From Chiloscyllium plagiosum (Eukaryota), in the NCBI RefSeq assembly GCF_004010195.1, contig NC_057719.1:6151372-6212958 (forward strand): a stretch of 61,587 nt of DNA, written 5' to 3'. The number at the start of each line of letters is the position of its first letter. Position 1 is the stretch's first letter. Of the stretch, positions 36,330-48,725 are shown one piece after another. The position numbers and the translations under genes are program-made. The notes beneath the pieces were generated by a model. It worked only from the letters and a program-made list of their open reading frames with translations. It had not been told where the DNA came from and did no database searches.

Positions 36330-38050
36330 CCCACTCAGCTAACTACAGGAGTGGTGGCAGAAGACTGGAGGAGAGCAAATGTCCTGGTTTGTGAAGGTAG
36401 GTCATGCCTCCCAAACCTTACTGGAGTTGAGGACAAGTAGACAAGTGTAAACACTTGATGTGGTGTATATGGATTTCAGTAAAGCATTTGATAAGGTTCC
36501 TCATGGTAGACTATTGCACAAAATACAGACATATGGAGGGTGATTTACAGTTTGGATCAGAAATTGGCAAGCTGAAAAATGACTGTGGTGGTCAATGGGA
36601 AGTGTTCATCCTAGAGTTCAGTTATTAATGGGGTACTACAAGGATCTGTTCCGGTTCTACTGCTGTTTGACATTTTTATAAGGACCTGGAGAGGGGGCAT
36701 AGAAAGATGTGTTAGTAAATCTGCAGATACTAAGGTTGGTAGAGGTGCGAATAGTGCCAATGGATATTACAGGTTAGAGGGACAGAAGCTCCAGAGTTTG
36801 AGAGACGATTTGTAGCTCAGGTGCTTGTTGTGGTTCCGTTTGCCGAGCTGGGAATTTGTGTTGCAGACGTTTTGTCCCGTCTGGGTGACATCCTCAGTGC
36901 TTGGGAGCCTCCTGTGAAGTGCTTGTGATCTTTCCTCTGGCATTTGTAGTGGTTTGAATCTGCCGCTTCTGGTTGTCAGTTCCAGCTGTCCGTTGCAGTG
37001 GTCGGTATATTGGGTCCAGGTTGATGTGCTTATTGATTGATTGAATCTGTGGATGAGTGCCATGCCTCTAGGAATTCCCTAGGAATAGCCAGGGAATTCC
37101 TAAAGGCATGGCACTCATCCACAGATTAAAATCAATCAAATCAATAAGCACATCGACCTGGACCCAATATACCGACCACTGCAACAGACAACTGGAACAG
37201 ACAACCAGAAGCGACAGATTCAAACCACTACAAATGCCAGAGGAAAGATCACAAGCACTTCACAGGACGCTCCCAAGCACTGAGGATGTCACCCAGACAG
37301 GGGACGAAACGTCTGCAACACAAATTCCCAGCTCGGCGAACAGAACCACAACAGAAGCTCCAGAGCTGGCAAATAGAGTTTAATGCGGAAAGATGAGGTG
37401 ATTCACTTTGGAAGGAGCAACAGGACTGCAGAGTACTGGGCTAGTAAGATTCTTGGTAGTGTAGAGGAGCAGAGATCTCAGTGTCCATGTACATAGGTCC
37501 CTGAAAGCTTCCACCCAGGTGGATAGGGCTATTGAGGCATAGTGTGTTAGCTTTTATTAATAGAGGGATTGGGTTTTGGTGCAGAGGTCATACTGCAACT
37601 ATACAAAACTAGTGCAGTTCTGGTCACCACATTGTAGAAAGGAGGTGAAGCTTTGGAACAGATTCAGTAGAAATTTACTAGGATGAGGAGAAGCTGTTTT
37701 GGTTAAGGTGGAGAGGTGACTTAATTGAGACAAGATAATTAGAGGGTTAGATAGGGTAGACAGTGAGAATGTTTTTCCTTGAATAGTTATGGCTAGCACA
37801 AGGGAACATAGCTTTAAACTGAGGGGCAATAGATATAGATGTCAGAGGTAGTTTATTCAGTAGAAGGGTATGGAACACCCTACCTGCACCACTATATAGA
37901 CTTGCCAATTTTTAAGGGCATTTAAATGGTCATTGGATAGACAGAAGGATGAAAATGGAAGTGTGTAGGTTAGATGGTCTTCAGATTAGTTTCACAGGTT
38001 GGTGCAACATAGAGGGTCAAAGGACCTGTACTTGCTGCAATGTTATGTTT
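36330..38050 (+). mobile_element. CR1 LINE RT/3' region in CALM1 intron 5, split by a Penelope insertion
   Basis: DVVYMDFSKAFDKVPHGRL motif; CR1 3' tail at ~38030. Confidence 0.85.
36797..37350. mobile_element. Inverted pair of Penelope 3' ends with 15-bp TSD
   Basis: ACAGAAGCTCCAGAG at 36782-36796 and 37351-37365; mirror-image ORFs 36767..37063(-) and 37108..37383(+). Confidence 0.9.
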
Positions 38051-38539
38051 TAACAGCACCTTTAGAAAAAGCAATACCTGCACGGTTGATCCTCAAAACA
38101 AAATAGAATAGCTAATTGGCACTGTGCAGCTTCACTTGCACATGCCCAGTGATTGGGCAAGTACTTTTGAAGCACAAAGACATTAAAACAGTGGGTCATG
38201 AAAGACACGAACCAAACTGAAAGACCTGCATCAAGGTGCAGATGTTTTTATACCTTCTCCAAAAAAGGTAAATAAAATGAAGTCTTATGTTAATTCACAT
38301 CAGATTCCAGGTAAATTCACCCACAGGCAGTAGACTTATCAATGGATAACTGAAACATGCATTTAGTGTTTTCTTACAGTTGTGTGCCAGGATTCAAGAT
38401 AGAGGCAGAGATCTCATTTGGGTAAAGCACAAGATGAGGAATAATTTCAGAATGATTCAAGAGTTAATTTTTGAAATGAAAAGAAGGCATAAGATACAAG
38501 TGAATGGAAATTTAAAATCCAAGTAAACAACTTAAGGCA

Positions 38540-40620
38540 GAGCAGTAGAGGTGGTCGATGTAGACTTCAAGGCCTTTGATAAGGTTTTGCATGGTAGACT
38601 GATCAGATCACATGGTATCCACAGACAGCTAGCCAATTGGCTACAAAATTGGCTTGATAGTAGGAGATAAAGGGTGGTTGTTCAGACTGACTAGCATCAT
38701 GCTACAAGGATCAGCACTAGATCCAAGGATGATTGTTTATATAAAAGATTTGAGAAATAGGAGTCATGACTGCTAAGTTTGGTGGCACAGTGGACAGTAC
38801 AAATTATCTAACAGTACAACAGGATCTTGCTGAGTGACAGGTAGGAGTTAGTGCAGATAAATGCAAAGTTTTGATAAGACAAACTAGGGTAGGACTTCAT
38901 TAGAGGTAAGAATCTGTGGATGTAGTACATAGGTCACTGAGTGACAGCAAAGGTACTTGGCACACACCTTTATCAGAACACCAAGTACAGGAGTTTGGAT
39001 GCACTTATATCTGCATAAGCATGAGAATGGCCACATTTGGCATGTGTACAATTCTGGTCCACCAGCTATGGGAGGCATGTGATTAAGCTGAAAACAATGG
39101 GGGGGGGGGGAAGAGAGAAGGAGAAGAGGGGATGGACGAAAGGAGTGACCTTAGTAGAGGATTGTGGGGTCATGCAAGGTCTTCACCAGGTATGGAGTCT
39201 CCAAAAAAAAAAATCAGAAGGCACAGGTTTAAAGGGGAGGATAAAAATTTAAAGATGTAGGAGCAAGTAAGCCAATAAATCTAGTGTGGCTTACAGTAAC
39301 TTCTAAAAAGGAATGCTCTGGATTCGTGCAGACTGGTCACCTTTTTCTTATCCAAGAGGGAGAGAGCAGTGGGACCTTACAGCTAAGGTTTGTCTAGAGG
39401 AGAAAGCCTAACAAATAAGGTGAAATTCCAGTCTAAGGCATTAATTGTAATCTTGACATTTCAGGAAAGGCCAGATCAGCAGCATGTGTAGCTCGTGTGT
39501 AGAGCCTCAGACATTGCCAGTATCCAAGATGAGCATGTGCAAGTGCCCCATCTGCACAAGCTGGAGCACCAGTTGGAAATACTGGTGCATCCACAAGGCT
39601 GAGTGTTAAGTGGATAGCACATATAGAAAGGTGGTCACATGGCAGTTCAAGGGATCAGAGGAAAGGATTGAATGGGTGACTGGACAGTCCAGAGAGAATA
39701 GATAGGTAGTGCAAGAGTCCCTGGGATTTACTCACATCAGCTTCCAAAATGGAATGCTGGTTAGAGTGCTGGTATCTCAAACACAATCAGATCCAAGCTC
39801 CAGCATCACAAGCAACTTGACTGTAGAAGGCAGGGGAAGGAAGGAAGTTATAGGTGATTCTTTAGTTGGGGAGCAGATAAACTGACTGCAGAAATGCCCG
39901 ACTTCAGGATGGTGGTGCCTGGGTCAGGAAGAGAGGGTGATGAGTTAGAGGTCTTGCACACGTTGGTACCAATAATATAGGCAAAGTGAGGAATGAGGTC
40001 TTACATCAAGAATTCAGTAAACTAGACATTAGATTAAAAGCAGAACCTCAAGTGGTTGTAATCTCAGGAATACTCCAAGTACCAGATGCTGAGTTCAGAA
40101 ACAGGAATAGACACTGAACACATGGCTCAAAAGATGGTGCTAGAGGGAGGGTTTTCAGTTACTTGGACTGTTTTTGGGGAAGGTGGGACATATACAAATA
40201 TATATACACACCAGAACCATACTGGGACCAACATCCACGCAGGTAGGTTTATTAGTGCCATTGGTAGGAGTTCAAACTGGTCTGGCAGGCAGAGAAGACA
40301 AATCAATGAAACAGATCATGCTGCAGCACAGGAAGAAAGTCTGAAGCTAAAGCAAGGCTGGATGGTCTTTAAGACTAGGAGTAGTAATGGTAAGACTGAT
40401 GAATTAGTTACTTGAATGGACACATGAAGTATGATATGGTCATCAGAAACATGATTGAGTGAAGGGCTGGATTGGCAACTCAATATTCCAAGGTTAGGAT
40501 CTCTAGGCATGTCAGAGGGTGTAAAAAAAGGTGGTAATAAGGAGTCAATTACTGCAATAAGGAGAGAGATATCTTGGAAGCACCCTCAAACAAAGCTTTG
40601 TCAATCAAGCTTATGAATGT
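38540..40620 (+). mobile_element. Decayed CR1 fragments (RT piece, then ORF1 esterase-like region and endonuclease start)
   Basis: DFKAFDKVLHGRL; VIGDSLV; HVGTNNIG. Confidence 0.7.
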
Positions 40621-40669
40621 TGCAGGGGGGGGGGGGGGGCAAGCTCATAAATGAGAGCAAGTGTTAAGA

Positions 40670-42362
40670 TTGAGCTCAGGTTGAGGTTTTGGGTGTAGGT
40701 TTGCTTGCTGAGCTGAAAGGTTCATTTCCACAAGTTTCTTTACCTTACTAGGTAGCATCTTCAGTGGACCTCATGCAAAGCTATGCTGAATATTCCTGCT
40801 TTCTTTGGGTTGGTAATGTCATTTCCTTTTCTCAGGGGGTGATAGATAGAGTCTAACACTTGATAAAATTCCAACACACCACTATGGACTACCCAAAATT
40901 CACAAACCAGGAGCCCCCCTCAGTCCATAGTCTCACTACCTGGAACACCAACTTACATATTGGCCAAGGAGCTACACCAAAGACTAAAACACTTTAGAAG
41001 GCCCACACCACTGCACCCAAGAATTCCTGAAGACCAAAGTCACTAAGCTAGAAGAGAATGAAATAATGGTCTCCTTTGATGTCACAGCCCATTTACTTCA
41101 ATCAGCATAAACTTGGCCAAGGAAACACTGACTACCTATTAGAAGACCCAAAGACACATACACCAAACACCACTAACCACTAACCTAATCAGCAAGGAAA
41201 AATAGCATCAAGCTAGTGGACCTACCACTTCACCTTCAACAAAACCCAGACAAACCACTGGAACACCCACAGGATATCCAATATCAGGGTTCTTAGCAGA
41301 GGCAGTAATGCAGAGACTAAGCAAACAGCTCTGCCAACCAAAACTCTGGGTCCACTATGTGGATGACCTTTGTCATCACTAAATGAAAGTTAGAGGAAAC
41401 CTTAAAGGCCATCCTACCCTTACTGGCATAAAATTCACGAAAGAGGAAACAAACTGCCATTCCTAGACGTCACAGTAGAGCAAACAGCCAATGGGGAACT
41501 TCAAACTAGCATCTACAGAAAAACAGATGCAATCTCAACACCCACGAATGAAGCTGCATCAGAACATTGCTGAAACAAGCAAACACTGCAGAGGAAAATC
41601 ACCTATACACTATTCAAAAAGAATGGGTACCCAATGAACACAGTCCACCGATTCCTCGGCAATAAACCCAAACAAGCAGACAAAACACGTCCACAAACCC
41701 TAGCCACACTCCCCTACATCAAAAAGGCATCTGAAATGACTGCCAGACTACTGACCCCATGGCATCATGGTAGCCCACAAACCCACTAACACTAAAACAG
41801 CAACTAATGAACTTGAAAGACCCTATACAGACAAGCAAAACTAATGTCATTTACAAGGGCTTATGCCCAAAACGTCGATTCTCCTGCTCCTTTGATGCTG
41901 CCTGACCTGCTGCGCTTTTCCAGCAACACATTTTTCAGGTAATTTACAAAATACCATGCAAGGACTGAAACACTACATTGGACAAACAGGCAGAAAACTA
42001 GCCACCAGGATACATGTTTTTTGCTTAGTTGATGATCATGACCCTCTTACTAGTATCCTCACATTTGGATGAGGAAGGATACCCCTTCATCTGGGACAAC
42101 ACATCCATCCTAGGACAAGCCAATGACATGCACAAGAAATCTGAAGCACAGCATTCCAACTGGAACTCAAATCGAATTGGACTCCATCTACCACCCCCCC
42201 CTTTTAGAAAAGGAGCAGGAAGTGACATCACCACAGGAAATAAATCACCAGCCCAAAGAAACCCAAACACGAAAGCAGGAATTTCCGGCATTGCTTCGCA
42301 CGCGATCCACTGAAAAGGTCACCTAGTAAGGTTATGAAATGTCTGGAAATGAACCTTTCATC
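40670..42362 (+). mobile_element. Penelope element, 5'-truncated, with inverted pLTR (40670-40860) and decayed RT + GIY-YIG
   Basis: SIVSLPGTPTYILAKELH, MVSFDVTA, WVHYVDD, LPFLDVTV, YIGQTGRKLATRIH. Confidence 0.9.
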
Positions 42363-42739
42363 TCATGAATGTATCACAAGCTCCAAAGAGTCAGCAGAAA
42401 ATATGGAGACATTTCAGAGGTAAGGAAGGGGATATCAAAACTAGGATTTCAATGTTCCCAACAAATTGGGGCAGGGTTGGGGGGGGCGGGGGGGGGGGGA
42501 AGAGAAAGAGAGAGAGAGAGACAGAAAAGGGGTGTTTTTTTCCCCCAGAACATAATAAGTTCAACAAGGGACAGCAGTGCTGACCCTGGTTTTGGGGAAA
42601 GAAGCCAGACAAGTGATGTGGCAGCAGTGGGGGGTGCACTTAGGCAATAGAGACCACAAGATTATAGTTCAAGCTTGCTCTGAAATGTTGTGGTTCTGTT
42701 CACCGAGCTGGGAATTTGTGTTGCAGACGTTTCAGTGCA

Positions 42740-43830
42740 AATCTGCTCACAAACCTTGCTCTGGAATGCCAAAGAACTGGAGGACAAGTAATGTGGCTCC
42801 ACTTTGTAATAAAGGGTGGTAGAGATGAACTGGTGAAACTCAAGCAAACTACTGGAGAAAGTTCTGAAGGAGTGAAATACTCATTTGGAAAGGCATGGAT
42901 TAATCAGGGAGTCAGAATGGTTTTGTCAGAGGTCATGCCCAAATTTGATTGTATTTTCCAAAAATATCTAACAAGTATATGGGTGAATCAAGTCGAATTG
43001 ATGTAGGTCACTGATTTTAACAAAGCTTTTGTCAAGGCCCATGAGAGACTGAGAAAGTTAAAGCACAGAACTGTGGGCAACTTGATGAGATGGATCAGAA
43101 ACTGGCTTAGTAATAGGGCACAGTAGTGGCAGAAAGCTGTTTGAGTGACTGGAAGACAGTGTCTAGCAGTATACCACAAGGATCAGTACCAGAACCCTTA
43201 TTGTTTATATACACAAGGGGTAAAGTGTGGGTTGGAATGTTTAGCAAATTCGCAGACAACACCAAGATTAGTAGTGGTTAACAGTGATGGTGATAGGTTA
43301 CAGGAAAATATACAGGAGCTGGTCAGATGGACATATGGCATTTAACCCTGATAAGTACAAGGTGATGCACTTTGGAACAAACAAGTAAAACATTTAAAAA
43401 ATAGCAGGACATTGGATTGCTTAGAGATCAGAGGAATCTTTGGGTAATGCAGATCCCTTGAATCCACATACAACACAGAAATAGACATTCCAACTCATCC
43501 ATGACATATCCCAAACTAACTTAGCTCCATTTGCCAACATTTGGCCCATATCCCTCTAAACCCTTCCTATTCATATACTCATCCTGATGCCTTTAAATCC
43601 TGTGATGGTACCAGAATAGTATAGTTAAGCAAGCATGTGGGACACTTTCATCAGTTGATGATGAAAGAACAAGGAGGTAGTGTTAGTGTTCTACAAAGCA
43701 CTGATCAGGCCACAGCTAGAGTACTGTGCACAGCTCTGGAAACCTCACTACAGGTATAGTGTGTAGCTTTAGAGGGGGTAGAGCAGAGGCTCAAGGATGT
43801 TGCCTTGAATGAAGAAACTCAGCTATAATC
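42740..43830 (+). mobile_element. CR1 LINE RT fragment with nested pieces
   Basis: WRTSNVAPL, DFNKAF, SKFADN, LEYCAQLW. Confidence 0.75.
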
Positions 43831-46200
43831 TATCAACCTCAAATTCAGCTCTTTGGTTGATATCCGAACCAAGGCCACCACGACAAATGGATGATTAGCT
43901 CTAGCAAAATTCAACCAGTGCCAGTAAGCAAGTCACTACCAAGCACTGATAGCACTGTTGACAACATCCTCCACTTCATGAATGGAGTAGACTAGTGGAG
44001 CAATAACTGTACCTTGGATTTAAGCTTTGTACAGGACACTTGGCCAATTTTCCACCTTTAAGTGAGACACATGGGTGTCACTGACAGGCTAGCATTTTCC
44101 TGTCCAATTGTTCAAGGTAGGGAGCTGCTTAGAGTACATTTGCTATAGTTGGATTGACAATGCTTTTGGGCATCCATTCAAACATTTTGACACTGAAGGA
44201 GGTCATTTCCAAAATCAGGTGGTGGTTTGGAAGAGAATGTGCAGGTAGTGTTTTACAAAATCAGGATCCCTACATAAAGCAGGAAGGAGCCATTTGGTCC
44301 ATCGTCAGCACCAACCCTCAGGAGTATCCACCTAGATCGAACACCATCCTCTTACATATTTGGATGACAAATCCATTTAACTACACATCTTAGGACTATG
44401 GGAGGAAACCTGAGCAACCAGCAGAAAACCACACTGCATGGAAAACAAGCTCCAAAACATGCTATCTGATCATGTTCCATCATGTGCCCTCTTCTCGATG
44501 AAAGTGGTCAGGGTTGTGGAAGGTGCTTAAAGATTTTGCAAATTTCTGCAGTGCATTTTATATGTTTATGCACTGCCACTACTGAACATTAGTAGAGGGA
44601 ATGACTGGATATGGTGCCAATCAAGCAGGCTGCCTCATCTCAGATGCTGTCAAGCTAGAGTGCTGAAGCTGCACTTATACAGGCACATGGAGTATTCCAC
44701 CACACTGATCTATTCCTTTCAAGCAGCAAAGATGGCTGGAGAGTCAGGCAAGTTCACTGACTTGCTCTTTATAGCCACCATTTAAAACAGCTAATCCAGT
44801 TTGACTTCTGGTCAACTCAGTATTTTAATAATGAAGGATTAAATAGCTACTGAAATAGCTAGCTCAAAGTATGGTAAAGAAAAATAGAAGCTAGAGAAAC
44901 TCAGCCAGTCTTGACAGCATTAACAGAAAGAGAGTCACACCCTCCTTCAGAATCCAAAGGTTCACTGGACCCAAGGTGTCAATTCTGCTTTCTTTCTACA
45001 AGTGCTGCCAGACTGAGTTTCTCCAGTATACACAGTTGTGCATTTGGTCCCAGTATAGCAAGTTCTGGAACAAGTCTTTCAGACATTTACCAAAATATTG
45101 CCAGGACCCATAACTTGTAACCAATGCCTCTAGACATTTCTTGATATGGTGTGTAGTCTAGTATAACAAATTGGCTGAACACTGGTACTAACGTCAGGAA
45201 ACTGAAAGAAGCCAAGATAGGTTATCTGCTCAGCACATCTGGCTCAAAGTGAAAGCAAGTGCTTCAGTGTTACCCTTTCTACTGCAGTGTGGGATTCCAC
45301 TGTTGGTATATTTGAGCTGCCATCTCTAGTGATTCACTTGGATGTGACAGCATTGCAGGGCTTAGATCAGACCTATTGGTTGTAGCAGAATCTAGCTTTG
45401 TCTCACTTGCAGCTTGTGCTGTTTCAGGTAGTCTGATTATTGATCTGTTTCAGACCTCATTTTTAGGCACTGCCTGGTGTTGCTCCTAGCATGCACTCCA
45501 GCATTCATTGAACTGTGATCAATGATAAAGTAGGACCAGAATATGCCAGCCCATTAGATTGGAATAAGACTCTGATGGTACATAACATTTAGGATACCCA
45601 ATCTGGAGCTGCTCAATCTGTTTGAACTGTGTAGTACAGCACCATAACAGATCAATATGACACTGTTTCCACAGCTCTGTGGAAGTCTCAGCAGCAGGCA
45701 GATTGGTGAGAAATGAGATCAATAGTTCTGTCTAGTTACACTGCAGGTGGAGAGAGAATAAGTCCAATTGTCCACTGTCCTTTAGGGCTCAACTGACTCA
45801 AGCTGTGGACATTGAAATCTTCACTCAGCATCCTGCTTGTGCCACCTTCTGCTTCCTCCAAACAGAAGTGATTGCTAAGGAATAGATTTACCAACCTGAA
45901 GGGAGTCAGTACACTGCATTGAGTTTCTTTGTCCATGATACCATGTGTTCACAGGGTCCAGAGTCAAATGTTGAAAACTCCTAAAGAACCTCCTTTTGAC
46001 CATAAGCAACAGTAACCACGTGTCTGCTCTGCCAGTGGGACAGAACATTTTCAGGGATGGGTGATCTGAGACATTTGACATCAAGGTCAGGTTGTCTGTC
46101 ACCTTGTCTGAGAGGGAACTCCAATTTTGGCACAAGCCCCCAAAACAAGGCTGTTCAGGGCTACTTAAGTTGTTTAAGGAGATTTTAAAGTGAGGAGATC
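43830..46200 (-). mobile_element. Highly decayed L2/CR1-group LINE fragments with nested repeats
   Basis: Similarity to 9900-10300; LSEDFNVH endonuclease-like motif at ~45810. Confidence 0.5.
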
Positions 46201-47143
46201 CACCTGCTTTCAAACCTTCCAATGGTGGTTAAGAATCAACCACATTGTGGGTCTGCAGTCACACAGGAGAGACCAGGTAAGGATCAGTTTCCTTCCCTTA
46301 AAGGGACTAGTTAATCAGCTGTATTAACAATGGACAGTGGTTTCATAGTGGTAGAAACTGAACCAGACACCCTGAATATAACCCAGGCCTCTGGATTACA
46401 ATACAATCATAATGCCACCACACCATGGTGTCACATCCAACTTCCAGAGAGAGAACCAAACTACACATCCAGTGTATAAAATGTTAAGTGTAACAGTAAA
46501 GCTTAGACCAAAGGAGAAAATTTGATCTTTAGTGAAATATTAGAAAGGTTCATTTATTAGAAAGATTCTTATTCGGGTTTAACTTTACAACTATTTCCTT
46601 TCGTCAGCACGTACTTTACAGGAACAAAGTCTTAAATGTTATTCTACTGGTAAGCCAGTGATCTCAGCCATTTTAGCAGAACAGGATTACATCTGAAGCA
46701 ATGGGTCTTAAGTATTTTGGGGGGGGGGAGAAAGAGAGAGCGGGTGGAGGATGCAGGGCAGAGGGAGTTATCTACCCCCGTTGATCCAACATGTGGACAT
46801 AAGGAACACTGGATAACTTCAAAATAAGTTACAACATTCTGAAAAATGTAGTCAATAATTGTAAGACTGAAGCACAAGTCAGTATATGAGGGTGCAGTTG
46901 AAGGGTCTTGATAGGAAATTGAAAGCTACATCTATAGGTAGGGATACATTCTTTAGCATATTACTTGCACATGATTCCCAAATCAAGGCAAGCATGTCTC
47001 AAGGAACAAGAAGAAAAGTTAATGAAATGTATCCAATTTTAAATATGCACTTTCAAAATGCAAACTTCATTGGATCATATAGAGCATTGTTTTATAGCAT
47101 GCAGTGCCACAGTAATCAGAACCTATGATTAACTAGCAATTTA

Positions 47144-47371
<228 letters not shown>

Positions 47372-48419
47372 TTAGAGATCTTGCAGTATGTATGCTAACA
47401 GATGAGTCCTTTGGAGTCTCAGCATCACAAACCAGCTATCCATATCCAGCCCACTGAGCTAAATCTTTTTGGAGAAAGTGTGGGCAACATATGCTAAAGT
47501 AAACAAACCTCAGTCTGCATTTGTTATTAGCTGCGCCATTAGAAAGTGATCATATTTAAACTCAACAGCCGGGGGGGGGGGTTGCTTTTAAATGCTTATC
47601 TTGCCCAGAGGCTCAAGTCAATCTGGAATTAATTTACAACAATACAATTCACAAGTGATCAACCCAAAAAAAGGCGCAAGGAAATTCCACCTCAGATCAT
47701 AAAGTATCCCGCTACACCAGAAATATTCATCAGCTCAACCCACAAGCATCTTGTCAGCACTACAGACAGGAGATTGTGTATTTCATGTTCAGCAGAAACT
47801 GACCATTCAGCTACATTCCCTTTAAGCTGCATGACCACCAGGAAGCTCTGCATTGCTGCTCAGCACACCACTGCTTCTGTAGCTGCTACTGCAGAACCAT
47901 TTGAGGTCCATAGCAGCACAAAAAACAAAGGGAACACTGCTGGTAAAATGCCTGAATTGTTTCCTTCAAATGCAATAAAGTTGCCAAGAGTCTGAGACCA
48001 AAACAAGCAAGGACAGCATAGTCACATGCTTCTGAGTTAAACAGCAGCAACAAGGAAGAGAAATATTAACTTTTCAAGCCATCTTCTCTAAAGAAAAGCA
48101 ATTTGATCCTGTTTGAAACATGCTTCAGCTTCCATTTGCAACAAGCACAACTGGAAACTAGATGCTGGATTAGGGCCAAGTGAAATCAATTAGGCAAAGT
48201 AATAGAAAGTGAATGCTTAATGCAACTGTGAACATTAAGGCAAGGTTTGCCATCATGCTGTGCATTGAATTCCATCTTGTTAGAGAAAGTCCATTTCTTG
48301 GAGGTCACAGATTGTTATTTCCAATTATAGATAATTAGTGCTATGATTGGTACTGAGCTCAATGTAGCCAAAGATGCAGGGGCTGTACAAAGTCATAATT
48401 GATGGTAGTCCGCATATTA

Positions 48420-48725
<306 letters not shown>

